DNA of 64,000 nucleotides from Anthoceros angustus. Lineage: Eukaryota; Plantae; Anthocerotophyta. The stretch lies in contig VJWM01000068.1 in the NCBI GenBank assembly GCA_010909165.1, forward strand, positions 434,001-498,000, given 5' to 3'. Below the pieces are notes generated by a model. That model saw nothing but the letters and a program-made list of their open reading frames with translations, was not told the origin of the DNA and did not search any database. A program made the translations under genes and the position numbers. Positions 63,100 through 64,000 of the stretch are shown here, one piece after another (within the stretch, counting starts at the first letter, position 1; the number at the start of each line of letters is the position of its first letter).

Positions 63100-63780
63100 T
63101 GTGGCACGACTTGGGCGCATTAGAGTCACATAGCACCCAGGCGGGCCCTTGTGCGCATCAGGCGTGGCAGCGCGACTCGCTAGGTCACATGGTACCTCAA
63201 GACGCGCACTTGGGCGCACCTGGCGGCCATGTGATGCGCGCGCGCCGCACGAGGCCCATTGAGACCTCGGCGCGCCGGGCGCCGCACTAGGGCCCATTGA
63301 GACTGCGCGCCGCACAGATCAACCCCAGCAGGCACTTGCCACGGGCAACATGGCACCTCTATGCGCGCGCGACCGGGTCACATGGCCTCCAGGGCGACTT
63401 GGGCGCAGACCGGGCAACATGGCACCTCTATGCGCGCGCGCCGTGACCGGGTCACATGGCCTCCGCCTCATGCAGACCGCGAGAGGTCTCATGGGCCCCG
63501 CCGATTCGCCGCAATGGGCACCATGAGACGCTTGCGCCGCACTGCGGCACCCCGGTCATGGTGCCCCATTGTCGCGGCTGCGCGCGCGACGCGACACGTG
63601 CGCCGCGCGCCGCGCGCGCACGCGTGAAGACAGTGCGCGCACTTGTGCAAATCGCGGCAATGCGCGTGCACTTGGGCGCACACCAGGCTTGCTCGAGTCC
63701 TGACAAGAGGCGCCGCACCGGGCATGAGGTGCCCGCGCGCGCCGCACTTGCGCGCACTTGTGCGCCTTGGCGCCTTAAGC
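63100..63780. repeat. GC-rich degenerate repeat tract (gcgcgc / gggtcacatggc motifs), probably part of another mobile element
   Basis: gggcaacatggcacctctatgcgcgcgc is repeated at about 63342 and 63412; many gcgcacttg motifs. Confidence 0.55.
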
Positions 63781-64000
63781 CCAACCGAGGATGTCTCGTT
63801 AATGTATCCGGTTGATGTATCCGTTAATGGAGTAATGGTTGTCTTTTATTGCGTACATTCGGACTATGCCGGGCGCTTTCTCCAAAAGGAAATAGTTCTA
63901 GGGTTGATGATGACGAAGATGGCCGACCAAGCATGTGAAAGCGATCCTCCGGAGAGCGATGGAGAGGCAAGGAAAAGGCGTCGCAACCACCAAAGCACCG

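Overview
Eukaryotic land-plant DNA, most likely a fern, judged from PLS-class PPR genes with long-insertion 'LL'-type motifs and short GT-AG introns. Bases 37-30106 form one giant DNA transposon with perfect 27-bp terminal inverted repeats (TATGGAATACCGATCTCGTCACACGGG) and a 6-bp target-site duplication (AGGAAG). It encodes an intron-containing HTH + integrase-core (DDE) transposase of the IS3EU type, at least four further putative genes I cannot assign, and a pair of internal inverted non-coding repeat blocks. Most internal segments occur 2-3 times as indel-rich tandem copies, so part of the 30 kb may be an assembly artefact (non-redundant length roughly 18-19 kb by eye). The rest of the window holds a histone H3 pseudogene, two related Trp-rich 11-residue-repeat ORFs, an orphan ORF, two PLS-E+ PPR genes, an intact 5-exon HINT1 gene, a conserved plant single-pass membrane protein gene, three degraded MED15-like copies (two head-to-head), a 30-bp minisatellite and a truncated Ty1/Copia element.
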